From positions 103,728,001 to 103,792,000 of the forward strand of contig CM059431.1 of assembly GCA_030390025.1 (NCBI GenBank): 64,000 nucleotides of DNA, given 5' to 3'. The stretch is from Squalus acanthias. Taxonomy: Eukaryota. The notes beneath the pieces were generated by a model. The model was given only the letters and a program-made list of their open reading frames with translations, did no database searches and was not told the DNA's origin. Position 1 is the stretch's first letter, and every line of letters begins with the position of its first letter. Shown here piece by piece: positions 23,894 to 36,255 of the stretch. The position numbers were made by a program, and so were the translations under genes.

Positions 23894-24471
23894 TGTTAGG
23901 GAGAAATTATTTCACTCCAGTCTGTTTATAGGTAAAAAGCAAAAAACAGTTTATTTAATATTCAGAGATCCCTGGGAGAAGTGGTACAGAACCTTGCTTG
24001 GTCTGATGGCTTCACTTCTCGACCTCTCGTTGTCAATGACAACCTTTTATTGAAGAGTTGTCCAATCACATAGTTACAAAATATCACATGATTACAAGTA
24101 TGTCCATTTCAAACTTAAACAGCTTACAATTAATTCGTTATATTCTAAACAATTTATGTCAGTTCAAGCTAAATCATTAATTCGTTATATTTTAATTCAA
24201 ACTAAATAATTATGTTGCAAACTAAACCATTAATTCGTTATACCAAATAATTATGTTGCAAACTAAAAGCATTAATGACGTGTATATGTAATCTTGTTAG
24301 AGGCCCAGTGTCTGGGTTTTACAGTCTTTCATTGTGTTCATGACCTTGATTGTTGCTAAGTATCACAACGCTCAACCAGGCCTTATCTCCACCTGGCTTC
24401 CCTTCGGTTTCATACAGAAAATGAGAATTCGTTATATTTTAATTTAAAGTGAGTTCAAATTAACTCTTTCA
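23894..24471 (-). repeat. 5' LTR (578 bp)
   Basis: Matches 17291-17869 with 5 substitutions and one 1-bp indel by eye. Confidence 0.97.
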
Positions 24472-25121
24472 GAATGTTGGCCTTTATTTCAAAGGGGTTG
24501 GAGTATAAAAGCAGGGAAGTCCTGCTACAACTGTAAAGGGTATTGGTGAGACCACACCTGGAGTACTGCGTACAGTTTTGGTCTCCTTATTTAAGGAAGG
24601 ATATACTTGCATTGGAGGCAGTTCAGAGACGATTCACTAGGTTAATTCCAGAGATGAGGGGTTTGACTTATGAGGAAAGGTTGAGCAGGCTGGGCCTATA
24701 CTCATTGGAATTTAGAAGAATGAGAGGTGATCTTATTGAAACATATAAGATACTGAGGGGGCTCGACAAGGTAGATGCAGAGAGGATGTTTCCACTCGTG
24801 GGGAAATCTAGAACTCAGGGGCACAGTTTTGCAATAAAGGGTCGCCCTTTTAGAACTGAGATGAGGAGGAATTTCTTCTCTCAGAGGGTTGTAAATCTGT
24901 GGAATTCTCTGCCCCAGAGAGTTGTGGAGGCTGGGTCATTAAATACATTTAAGGTGGAGACAGACACATTTTTGCAAGATAAGGGAGTGAAGGGTTATGG
25001 GGAGCGGGCGGGAAGTGGCTTTGAGCCCAAGATCAGCCATGATCTTATTGAATAGCGGAGCAGGCTCGAGGGGCCAAGTGGCCTATTCTTGCTCCTATTT
25101 CTTATGTTCTTATGTTCTTAT
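24472..25121 (+). mobile_element. CR1 LINE 3' part; its 5' continuation lies at ~17262-17290
   Basis: ORF 24543-25055 RPHLEYCVQFWSPY...RMRGDLIETYKI...WNSLP; tail (TTCTTATG)n. Confidence 0.92.
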
Positions 25122-26884
25122 GAATAACAATTTCACTGTTTCCAATTTCCTTTTCTTGGTGTGTCCTCCTATTTGTGGGACATACTGCGTAATACCTCAA
25201 AAACACAAGGAAAATACAGGAAGAAAAGGCACTTCAGGACAACTGGAAAAGTCTGATCATGATCTGGGAGCAGTACAATTGGAGTTCAGAGTGACACCAC
25301 TGTGTCAGCCAGTGAGTTGAAAGTGGGGCGGAACTTATGACAGGACTCACAGCAAGCGGTCTATTTGCTCAGTAAACGGCGACGCAAACAAGGTCTATTT
25401 ACTCAGCAAACAGAGTCTATTTAAACAGCGCACCGCAGCAAACAATCTACAGAGTCTATTTAAAAAGAGTCTCTACAAACCACAGCAAACAGAACTCACG
25501 ACCGAAACTACAGCAACGTCTCCCGATAAAAGCAGGATTATTTCTCCAGCAAAATGCAGTGAGCGGAGGATAGTTACAGAATACAAATTATGTGCGTAAA
25601 ATCAATCCCAGTCACTTGCAGCAGTGCGGTCTCCAAGCGTGATTGACGGGGGAATTACCCAATCATTTCCATTCTGGCCAGGAATAGTGGTGTCACTCTA
25701 TGCAGCTGTTGGAGTTTGGTGGTGATTACAATGTTGCAGTCCTTTTCATGACTGTCCAAATGTTAAATGTAAACAAACGACTATAAAAAGGATCGTCCCC
25801 TTGCTCTATACCTGCACTGGTAGAACACTTGAGCCTGATACCTGATTTAAAATGCTGGACCACTGAAATGCTGGTAGGACTGGGGAGATCAGTGACTCCG
25901 GGAGACTCCAAAGGAGAACTGTTGCTTATGTTCATCAGGACGGTTGGGAAGAATCAGATTCCATTGATGTGGTCCCGTTAGCAGCTCCTGCTGTACATAG
26001 CATACGAGGAGGTCATGGGCACTGCTGTGAAAACACTGAAGGGCATTCTGATGCAAGTTTTCTTTTTATGAGTTCCTGCATAGTTTCAGCATGAATAATA
26101 AAACATAGCAGAACATACGGCTGCTTTGATAAAGAAGCCCTATAGCTTTCAGATTAACATCACTCGTCATCTGTCCAGATATATTGTATTCAAAAAAACA
26201 TAGGATAGCGAAGCCCCATAATCTTATTACAAAGTTGATGACTACACGGCTATCAAGCGACACCAAGAAGTACGAGTCCTGGGTTCTTTTGAAACTTAAC
26301 ACCAAAAAGGGAACAGTAAAGATTTAGGGAACAATTGCAAATATTTGAAGGAGAAAAAAATCGCAGGGAATGGGGAAAGAGCAGGGGAGTGGGACTAACT
26401 TGATTGCTCTTCGAAAGAGCCAGTGCAGACTCGATGGGCCGAATGGCCTCCTTCTGTGCTGTACTGTTCTACACAGCACACATTAAAATGGATCTGCATT
26501 TCTGCATTGTAATTTAGTGGTGGTAGTAATTCAACCCAACCTATCATAAATTAGATGGAATTATGCTAATTTACAACTTTAGCTATTGGATATTAATGAC
26601 TTGACCTTTCTTCCTGCTAGATTTATATTTTTCATGAATGTTTATGCTAATCAAGGCGAAGGATGTTGGCGGTGGGACGTTGCTTTTTACTTTTGAAAAA
26701 CCGCAGTCAGTATCAGTCACTCCCAGGATCGGTGTGACCAAATGTCGAGAGTACAGTTCTCCCTGCTCTTCTCCACAAATGTAGGCTGGCTCCAACCATA
26801 GAAGATCAACCCCTCAATGTGAGTTTGTCTACTTCCCCTGCCAGCTATCCCAGTGGCATCTCTGAGTGATAGTTCAGTGATAAA

Positions 26885-27369
26885 GTTTTACAAGCATGAT
26901 ATCAGGACTGAGAGGTTCTACCTCTCAAGAAAGACCAAACAGGCTGGGGCTCTTTTCTCTTGAAAAGAGAAGTTTGAGGGGTGACCTGATGGAGGTCTTT
27001 AAGATTATGAAAGGCTTTGATAGGGTAGACGTAGAGAAGATGTTTCAATCTGTGGGGGAGACCAGAACTAGGGGCCATCAATATAAGATAGTCACTAATA
27101 AATCCAATGGGGAATTCAGGAGAAACTTCTTTACCCAGAGAGTGGTGAGAATGTGGAACTCGCTACCACAGGGAGTGGTTGAAGCGATTAGCGTCGATGC
27201 ATTTAAGGGGAAGCTAGATAAGTTCATGAGAGAGAAAGGAATAGAAGGTTATACTGATAGGGTGAGATGAAGAGGGGTGGGCGGAGGCTGGTGTGGAGCA
27301 TAAACACTGAAATGGACCAGTTGAATCGAATGGCCTGTTTCTGTGCTGTAAATTCTATGTAATTCTATG
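26885..27369 (+). mobile_element. CR1 LINE 3' fragment
   Basis: ORF 26896-27270 LFSLEKRSLRGDLMEVFKI...WNSLPQGVVEA; tail ATTCTATGT repeats. Confidence 0.9.
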
Positions 27370-27912
27370 GTTCACATTCCCTTCCTACTCTCCAAATAAA
27401 ATCCAAATAAACTCTTATGGCCTAGAGATTGGAGGTGTTAGCGCCGGCCGTTAAGGCCCGTTTTGGCAAAAAAAAATGGCGGCCGCCTCACTTCCGCCCG
27501 CTTCCGGCAGGTCCTGTGGTGGCCGCCATTTTCAGCTGGCAGGGAGCGCTGCGGATGTTCGCACTCGCAGGAGATATGTAGAATATGCAGATTGTGACGT
27601 CAGTGAGTGTGCAACGCTCACCTGACGCCCATTCTGCCATTTTCGAGTTCGCCACTCCACTTACCGGCCTGTGTTAATGATGACCAGCTGACCAAGCATG
27701 GACAAGCAGGAAGGAGCCTCCAGCAGCGATATTTAAAGTGATCATCAGCAACAAATTGCAGCTGGCATGCTTTTTCAGTTCGACTGGCTCTGTGTAACTT
27801 TCTGCAACTCCTGCCGCTTTCTAAACTTGTTTCAAGTTCCTGAGGTGATAGGGAGTGTTGGTGCAAGTGGAGAACGCCTTCATTCTCACTTAAAGGCTTC
27901 TGCTCACACCAC

Positions 27913-29102
27913 TTGGGGGCTCTACTGGCAGTCCTCCTCGCGCTCGAGTATCTTTGGGAGAGGGAGCGGAGGCAGCGAAGAAGAGAAGATGTGTGTAGCG
28001 GGAGGAGGAAGAGGGCCAGGAGGGCTGTCAACAGCAGGCATTACCCACCTAGGCTCTTCCGCAAGCCCTTCTCTTATCTTCACTTAAGCGAGGAGCAGTG
28101 TATTAGGAGACTCCGCTTCACCAAAGAGGTGGTCACAGAACTCTGCCACCTCCTGCAACCAGACCTGCAGCCTCAGACCAGGGCGACCACGGCTCTCCCA
28201 GTGTCAGTCAAGGTCACCGTGGCCCTCAATTTCTTCCCCAGTGGATCTTCCAGTCTGCAGCAGGAGACATAGCTAATATTTTGCAGTTTACCGTTGCTGC
28301 ATTCAGGAGGTCACAGAGGCTCTCAATACCAGAAGAAGGGACTACATTGTCCTCTCTCTGAACAGAGAGAAGCAGGAGGAGTGCACATGTGGCTTTGCCA
28401 GAATAGCAGGCTTCCCCATGGTGCAGGGCACCATCGACTGCACCCACGTGGCTTTGCGGGCGGCGCATAACAATCCTGAGATCTTCCGTAACCGCAAAGG
28501 CTACCACTCACTTAATGTGCAGTTGCTGTGTGACCACACACAGCGCATCCTGATGGTCAATGCCCACAATCCTGGCAGCAGTCATGGAGCCTTCTTCCTG
28601 CGTCAGTCCGGTGTGCCAGCAATCTTCCAGCTACCACGTCAAACCCGAAGGTGGCTACTCGGAGACAAGGGCTATCCGCTTTCCACCTGGCTCATGACTC
28701 CCCTCCGCAACCCCAACACTCCTGCCCAGCACTCATATAAGGAGAGCCATGCCACCACCAGGAACATCACTGAGCAGACCATCGGGCTGCTGAAGCAATG
28801 GTTCCGCTGCCTTGATCGCTTTGGGGGGAGCTCTCCAGTACTCGGCTGAGTGGGTGTCCCATTTCGTTGTGGTCTGCTGCATGCTTCACAACTTGGCCAT
28901 CATGAGGATGCAGCCCTTACCAGCAGGGATTGTGGGACCACCTCAGAAAGAGGACGAGGGAGAGGAGGAGGAGGAGGAGGAGGGGGAAAAGGAAGAGGAG
29001 CAAGAGGAAGAGAAAGAGGAGGAGGACAAGAAGGAAGGGAGGAGGCAGGAAGCAAATCCCCCTTCCACACGGGCTGCCCGTGAACGTCTCATCAGACTCT
29101 GA
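27913..29102 (+). pseudogene. Harbinger (HARBI1-like) DDE transposase, frameshifted
   Basis: LSEEQCIRRLRFTK, GTIDCTHV, RNRKGYHSLNVQ, PGSSH, LLGDKGYP, RNITEQTIGLLKQWFRCL, CCMLHNLA and an acidic tail across three ORFs. Confidence 0.92.
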
Positions 29103-29360
29103 TTCAAGTGAATGAAACCCCAGATCCCCCTTGTTCACTGCATCCCCATCATAACATCCCTCTGTCACGGAATGTCACAGCATCCTCCTGGGCACAAAAC
29201 CGAAATGAAAGCAGAAAGGCACAAGGCTCAGGTTGTGGTGAGGGTAGTGGGGAGGAATGCAAGATATGCATGCCTACAGCATCAGCAGCTTGTAAGTGAG
29301 AAGAGATTGTGGGATGAGGGCGGAGTGGGATGTGAGAAGAAGGATTAGGAATGACCATAC

Positions 29361-30059
29361 CTTTATTGTCCCCAAGGGCTTCAACTTCACCCGGCCCCGG
29401 TGAATTCCCCTCCAATGATGTCGAGCACCGTCTCCTCCAGTTGGCTCAAGGTCTCTAAAGCAACGTGGCCGCCTCCCTTCTGCCGCTACTCGTGGCGGTT
29501 GTGAGCTACCTTGGCCTGCAAGAGAAAGAGAAGTGTGTCAGTGTGGTGCAATGTGTTTGAGTGATGTGCCTGCCATAGTTGAATAGCTTCAGTGTGTGCA
29601 AGGTGTCAGATGTGGGTGTGAGTGGTGCAGCAGTGGTACGGTTGTGAGGGTGAAGTGAAGCTATGATTGGGAGGTCTGAGTGTTGATAGGTAGAGATTGT
29701 TGGTAGGTGAGTGATGGGGGTGTGGTGCATTGAGCAGTGTGTGAGGCTTGTGGTACACATGGTGGGATATGGCATTGACTGAAGTCTTCACTCACCTTAA
29801 CCTGTTGTTTGAGGTCATTAAACTTCTTTCGGCACTGTGTCCAGGTCCTTGGTGTGACACTGTTGGCCGCGAGGTAGGCAGCTATCTCTTGCCAGAGCTT
29901 TCTGCAAGTGGGCTTTGATGGCTTCCTGCCGCCCTGCAGGAGCAGGACACCCCGCCTTCTCTCCACTGCCACGACCAATGCCTCGAGAGCCACATCCGAG
30001 AACCTCATGGCTCGTTGTCTGTGTTGTTGCTGAGTCACGTCTTCAAACTGCAATGACAA
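29361..30059 (-). pseudogene. Harbinger Myb/SANT DNA-binding protein (NAIF1/MSANTD-like), two exons visible
   Basis: Exon 1 RFSDVALEAL...WQEIA...RTWTQCRKKFNDL ends at 29796 before GTGAGT; acceptor TTCTCTTTCTCTTGCAG; exon 2 (29515-29361) AKVAHNRHE*RQKGGG...LSQLEETVLDIIG then GTATGG. Confidence 0.85.
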
Positions 30060-30344
30060 TGAGGTGCTGCTGCATCAAAGCACCTCCCCTTTAAATAGTG
30101 GAGTGAGGCTCGGCCAAACGTTACTGGCCATTAGACTGCACCTGACATTGGCCCGCCTGTTGAGCGCTTATCCAATCAGCAGTGCGTTTAGCTCTGCGAT
30201 CAGCACTCCAATCATGTAAATGAACAGGTAGCACGAATTTTGCATGCTGCCTGCACCACTTTGAACGCGTGCAGCCAAACAAGACTGGCTCATGTCACCG
30301 CCTGTTTTTGGACCACATCCAATTTCTAGACCGTTGTATTTTAT

Positions 30345-30785
30345 TAAAGCAGCCCGCTTGATTGGCACCCCATCCACCACCTTAAACATCCACTCCCTCA
30401 CCGGCGTACCGTGGCTGCAGTGTGTACCATCTACAAGATGCACTGCAGCAACTCGCCAAGGCTTCTTCGGCAGCACCTCCCAAACCCGCGACCTCTTCCA
30501 CCTAAAAGGACAAGGGCAGCAGGCGCATGGGAACACCATCACCTCCAAGTTCCCCTCCAAGTCACACACCATCCTGACTTAGAAGTACATCGGCCGTTCC
30601 TTCATCGTCGCTGGGTCAAAATCCTGGAACTCCCTCTCTAACAGCACTGTGGGAGCACCTTTACCACACGGACTGCAGCCGTTCAAGAAGGCGGCTCACC
30701 ACCACCTTCTCGAGGGCAATTAGGAATGGGCAATAAATGCCGGCCTTGCCAGCGACGCCCACATCACATAAACGCATTAAAAAAA
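30345..30785 (+). mobile_element. 3' fragment of a CR1/L2-related LINE family with a GGCCTTGCCAGCGACGCCCACATC tail
   Basis: KAARLIGTPSTTLNIHSL coding; same family as 33470, 39810 and 57800. Confidence 0.8.
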
Positions 30786-30882
30786 AATTCAGTTTAGTTC
30801 ATGTACGCGTTGGAATTTAAGCTGTGCTTAATGTTAAATGGTAAATGCAAAGTAGTGGTAAATTGCAAAGGCAGTAAAATAT

Positions 30883-31438
30883 TGGGCCTGAATTTGTGGT
30901 CGGAGGCTTCCTGATGAGGGATTCCATTTACGTACAGAATCCTCATGAGCATAATAGGAATCACCCAAAAAATACCTTTTAACAACACTGAAATAAATAA
31001 AAATCATCACATGTTTAAATTACTTAAAAATACAATTTAATTAAACATTTAAAACAAAAATTACATTTTTTGAAAAACAAATTTAAACATTTTTCAAGGG
31101 GAAAATAATAACATAACTTATTTGACAGGTTTTTGAATGTTAAAATGATTTAAAAAATGTTGTTGTAATATTTACTTTCACTCTTAGGCTGGTAAAAGAA
31201 GGCCTTACCCGTGCTTTTACCAGGTGTAAGAGTTTCACGGGCGTTCGCTGGGCAGAAATAGCCCGACTCTCCGCTCGCGAATGTCCACTTCCCAGGGATG
31301 CGGTGGATCTGTCAAGAAGATTCTTGACAGATCACAAGATCCGAGTTTTCGTGGGTGCGCTTCACATGGGGAAACCCGGAACTTGCGGGGCACTTACGGC
31401 CGCGTACGTGGCCATAGGCTCCGGAAAAACCAGGCCCA
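30883..31438. mobile_element. MITE (probably Harbinger-derived)
   Basis: Inverted ends TGGGCCTG / CAGGCCCA, GC-rich subterminal regions, AT-rich core. Confidence 0.55.
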
Positions 31439-31629
31439 TGTATTCGTGGGACGAGTGTCCAGAAATATAAACCACAAAGGATAACCCAGTCATTAATCGC
31501 CCAACAGCAGCAAATTGAAACCAACAGGTAAAATCCTTCAAAAAAAATTAAAAGATTTTCCCAGGCTAATCTCTGCTCCAACTGCTAAGAATGAATTTGC
31601 ACATTTGGTTTGGAAACTATCTCACTGGT

Positions 31630-31972
31630 CACTCCAGTGCAGTGCTGAGGGTGTGCTGCACTGTCGGAGGTGCAGTCTTTCAGATGAGACGTTAAACCGA
31701 GGCCCCGTCTGCTCTCTCAGGTCGATGTAAAAGATCCCATGGCCACTATTTCGAAGAAGAGCAGGGGAGTTCTCCCCGGTGTCCTGGCCAATATTCATCC
31801 CTCAATCAACATAACAAAAAACAGATTACCTGGTCACTATCACATTGCTGTTTGTGGGAGCTTGCTGTGCGCAAATTGGCTGCCGCGTTTCCCACATTAC
31901 AACAGTGACTACACTTCAAAAAAGTACTTCATTGGCTGTGCTATCTAAATGCACGTCTTACTTTCGTTCTTT
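31630..31972 (+). mobile_element. Deu-type SINE, 5' truncated
   Basis: Core CCAGTGCAGTGCTGAGGG...GATGAGACGTTAAACCGAGGCCCC. Confidence 0.85.
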
Positions 31973-32148
31973 TTATCTTTCCCTGTTTGGTGATAGTCGT
32001 GTTGAGAGGAACAAAAAATGAAAAGAGGCATGCAAGGGGCTTTTAGTTTTCAACAAACCTGAACCCAACCTCTTTTCACTTTTAAATCGGGTCTTCTCAC
32101 GGATTTTCTCCTTAACAGACCGTTACCAACGTTTTGATTTTACAGCAC

Positions 32149-33050
32149 TGTTAGAAATAGCTAAGTTACGGCCATCTCTGGTCACTTTAAATAATCAGGT
32201 TCAAGTGCAAACCAATATGGTGGGTATATTGTGTTTAATCAGTTTAAGACGGAATATAACACATCAGTTATACAGCAAAAAGCATATGACCGTGACAAAA
32301 AGCTGATCGGACAGATGGTTGACACACGTGAGCAATTCTCTTCTTCCTTTTGGCTAAGCCTCCTTCTCTCTCTCTTTCGCTTCCGTCTGTGAGTACAAGC
32401 TGTCGAGACGTCACTTTTATTCTACTTTTAGGGGTGGGCCTGAACCGAGATATTGACAAGACCATTTGACCTATAGAAGTTCCCCATAAACCTAAATATC
32501 CAATGGGACTTCTAGTTCTTTGTCTCGATTCTTGTGTCAAAACCCGCCCTCAAGATGTCTTACGATTTTGACCACATGTCGATCTCTGTTTATATTTTCC
32601 CAGGGTTTCCTTCCTGTGGAATTCGTGTCTTCTCTCTTTCGTCCGTATCCTTCTTTGATCTCACGAGTCCCAACCAGAAACCTGTTCGCTTCAGAGTGTT
32701 ACCCCCTTTACGACGTAGCAAATGTTTACGTTAACTTCCCCAAAACTTCCTTCTGTTATCTTCGCAAGCAGTTCTGTTAAGCCGACTTCAAATCCTACCT
32801 TTGCATTATACGCAAAATACATAAACAAGGTTCAAGTCTTAACTTAAAAACAACAGATAATCGCTCAGCAACAGGGAGATTGTATATACCCTCCGTAGGA
32901 AACCAAAACATTAGCACTTCGAAGCATTTATCTGTCCCAAGGAGATTTTCTGTCTGCAATTCGAACATAACCATTTAAAGACAGCATTTTTTGCGACACA
33001 GTTTTAATCGCATAACTCTATACATTTTTAGGCATCGTTAGTTTCTAACA
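32149..33050. mobile_element. Solo LTR (902 bp)
   Basis: TGTTAGAAA...TTTCTAACA 9-bp inverted ends; perfect 4-bp TSD GCAC. Confidence 0.85.
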
Positions 33051-33469
33051 GCACAATGTAAATTTCTCTCTGCAGAAGGTTAGCGGCAATAGCAGTTTAT
33101 TTGCTTTGTACGTGCTCCCTCAGTCACTTATTTGGGACAGCCTAAGGCAACTCATCCAAGCCAAAGATTCCCATGTGCTCCACTTGTGGCTGTTACTTAG
33201 CGAGTGTCTGCAAAGCGCCATAACGTTCACACAGTGTGCTTCAGGACTCAGCACAGAACCATAATAGGTCATTTAAAACTTCTGCTTCACCTCTCACTGC
33301 TGTGCCAGCTGAAGCAAGCTCGTGTAATTTAAAGCAGAAGGGTTAGCGCACGCAGACTTGCGCTGCCTTTCTTGAACAGTCATGTTGGAAATCTTTTACA
33401 ACGCTCTTAGCAAGTGCTCTCGGTTTTGCAGCCAAGTTAGGTATATCAGTAAACATCAATGCAGTCCCC

Positions 33470-34310
33470 CGCCATCAACATCCCTGGGGGTCACCATTGA
33501 CCAGAAACTTAACTGGACCAGCCACATAAATACTGTGGCAACAAGAGCAGGTCAGAGGCTAGATATTCTGCGGCGAGTGTCTCACCTCCTGACTCCCCAA
33601 AGCCTTTCCACCATCTACAAGGCACAAGTAAGGAGTGTGATGGAATACTCTCCACTTGCCTGGATGAGTGCAGCTCCAACAACACTCAAGAAGCTCGACA
33701 CCATCCAGGACAAAGCAACCCATTTGATTGGCACCCCAATTGGAAATATATCGCCATTCCTTCATCGTCGCTGGGTCAAAATCACGGAACTCCCTCCGTA
33801 ACAGCACTGTGGGAGTACCTTCACCCTCCCTAAACCTCTCTGCCTCTCTGTCTCTCTCTCTCTCCTCCTTTAAGAAGCTCCTTAAAACCTACCTCTTTGA
33901 CCAAGCTTTTGATCACCTGTCCTGATATCTCCTTATGTGGTCTAGGTGTCAACATTTTTGGATAATCGCTCCTGTGAAGCGCCTTGGGACGATTTACTAC
34001 TATGTTTGCAATAGTGCACATAGAATCATAGAACATAGAATGATACATTACAGAGGGAGACCTTTCAGTCCATCGTGCCTATGCCGGCTCTTTGAAAGAG
34101 CCCTCCAATTCGTCTCACTCCCCCCTGTTCTTTCCCCTTCAAGTATTTATCCAATTCTCTTTTGAAAGTTACTATTGAATCTGCTTCCACCGCCCTTTCA
34201 GGCAGCGCATTCCAGATCGCAACAACTCGCTGCCTAAAAAAAGATTCCTCCTCATTTCCCCCTCTGCTTCTTTTGCCAATCACCGTAAATCTGTGTCCTC
34301 TGGTTACCGA
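33470..34310. mobile_element. Cluster of LINE fragments (CR1/L2-related +, L2 +, CR1 -)
   Basis: LGVTIDQKLNWTSHI...YKAQVRSVMEY; L2 3' end; CR1 WNALPERAVEA on minus. Confidence 0.8.
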
Positions 34311-34756
34311 TAAATCTGAGGGCATAGTGAAGATACATCCATTTTCTCTGGTAATTTTGGTGGGCTGGTTGGTTGGCATGGATCCTAACTGACCCATGGC
34401 AGCACAGGGGTGTGTATGTCCCTCAGAATACAGTATGCGGCAATATTCGTCTCAAATTAATAATGATGTTGAATCAATTGTTAAAGGGAAACCCGTGATG
34501 CCTTGCAGAAGGTTTCTGCATTCCTGTGTCAACTCTTCTTTCCGTGAGGTTTACGATAAGCAAAATTATTTATTGTAGACTGATGAAAAGGTGTAGACTG
34601 GGTTAAAAAGTATCATCAGATTTTAAACACATATGTTGAAGTATTGCTAGTTAATTGTTACTCTTCATTTGTTTTCACAACAGTCCCTGTGTTCATTGTG
34701 CTCCCTGAATCAATGACTATATTATTCTCCCATTCCCGCAATGTAAATCCCAGCTT

Positions 34757-35228
34757 GAAAGAAAGACTTACACTTCTATAGCGCCTTTCACGACCACCGG
34801 ACGTCTCAAAGCGCTTTACAGCCAATTAAATACTTTTGAAGTGTAGTCACTGTTGCAATGTGGGAAATGCGGCAGCCAATTTGCGCACAGCAAGATCCCA
34901 CAAACAGCAATGTGACACTGACCAGATCATCTGTTTTTGTTATGTTGATTGAGGGATAAATATTGGCCCCAGGACACTGGGGAATACGCCTCTGCTCTTC
35001 TTTCAAATAGTGCCATGGGATCGTTTACGTCCACCTGAGAGGGCAAATGGGGCCACAGTTTAACATCTCATCTGAAAGACGGCACCTCCGACAGTGCAGC
35101 ACTCCCTCAGTACTGGCACTAGGAGTGTCAGCCTAGATTTTTGTGCTCAAGTCTCTAGAGTGGGACTTGAACCCATGACCTTGATGACTCAGAGGTGAGA
35201 GTGCGACCCACTGAGACACCGCTGACAG
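34757..35228 (-). mobile_element. Deu-type SINE, full length
   Basis: Same head, core and tail as 5927-6372. Confidence 0.87.
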
Positions 35229-35754
35229 AAAGAGAAAGGACAGGTCACAATCTAACATCGAGGCCCTTCATCAGAACTGATAACTTCGCATGTGTATGCG
35301 AGGAAGCCACTGAAACTCACACTGCCTGAATCCTAATGAGATGGCGATCACATGGTGACTCCACAAATCCCAGCCAGAATGGAGATGTTTGGGTAAGTCC
35401 CCCGTCAATCTCGCCTGGAGACCGCACCGCAGCAAGTGACTGGGGTTGATTTTACTCACGTAATTTGTATTGTGTAACCATCCTCCACTCACTGCACTTA
35501 GCTGGGATAATCTCCCTGCTTTTATCGGGAGAAGTTGCTGCAGTTTCATGTTCATAGAGATTCTTTGTAAATAGACTTTGTTTGCGTTGCTGTTTGCTTT
35601 GTTTGTTTTAAAATACACCGTTTGTGCCTTGAATCCCGCCCTGCCTCCAACTCTTGGCTGAAACAGTGCTGCCAATAGACACTCCGATCTTTAAATCACT
35701 TCCACTTTGATTTATAACATAGAGCTGTAGAACTCTGTGAGTACGAGCATGAAG

Positions 35755-36255
35755 AGGATTTGGAGAGGGTACAGAAGAGATTTACTAGAATTGTTCCAGG
35801 GATGAGGGATTACAGTTACATGGACAGACTGGAGCAGCTGGGGTTGTTCTCCTTAGAGCAGAGAAGGCTCAGAGGAGATTTGATCGAGGCGTTCAAAATC
35901 ATGAAGGGTTTAGACAGAGTAAACAAAGAGAAACTGTTTCCAATGGCTGAAGGGTCGATAACGAGAGGGCACAGATCTAAGGTGACTGGCAAAAGAACCA
36001 GAGGCGACATGAGGAAAAACATTTGTACGCAATGAGTGGTTAGGATTTGGAACGCGTTGCCTGGAAGGGTGGTGGAGGCAGATTCAATAGCAGCCTTCAA
36101 AAGGGAATTGGATAAATACTTGAAGGGGAGAAAATTGCAAGGGATACGGGGAAAGAGCGGGGGGAGTGGGACCGACTGGGATCGCTCTTCGAAAGAGCCG
36201 GCGCAGACTCGATGGGCCGAATGGCCTCCTTCTGTGCTGTACTATTCGATGATTA
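35755..36255 (+). mobile_element. CR1 LINE 3' fragment
   Basis: ERVQKRFTRIVPG...RRLRGDLIEAFKI...WNALPGRVVEA. Confidence 0.9.

Larger units (their letters stand above)
17291..24471 (-). mobile_element. Endogenous retrovirus provirus, internally deleted
   Basis: Paired LTRs, PBS, PPT, gag-NC/pro, RT remnant, integrase and env all on the minus strand; 4-bp TSD GATT/GAAT (one mismatch) splitting a CR1. Confidence 0.97.
27418..30333. mobile_element. Full-length PIF/Harbinger transposon (decayed), two convergent genes
   Basis: TIRs TGGCCTAGAGATTGGAGGTG / CACATCCAATTTCTAGACCG; flanks TTA/TTG; transposase on plus, Myb/SANT gene on minus. Confidence 0.92.

Noticed and set aside
23200..24053. Plus-strand ORFs of 153 and 85 aa in the ERV leader/LTR
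   Set aside because: Antisense to gag and the leader, with no recognisable motifs.
27913..30059. Host HARBI1 or NAIF1 genes
   Set aside because: Frameshifts and a stop, enclosing TIRs and multiple relatives show a transposon copy.
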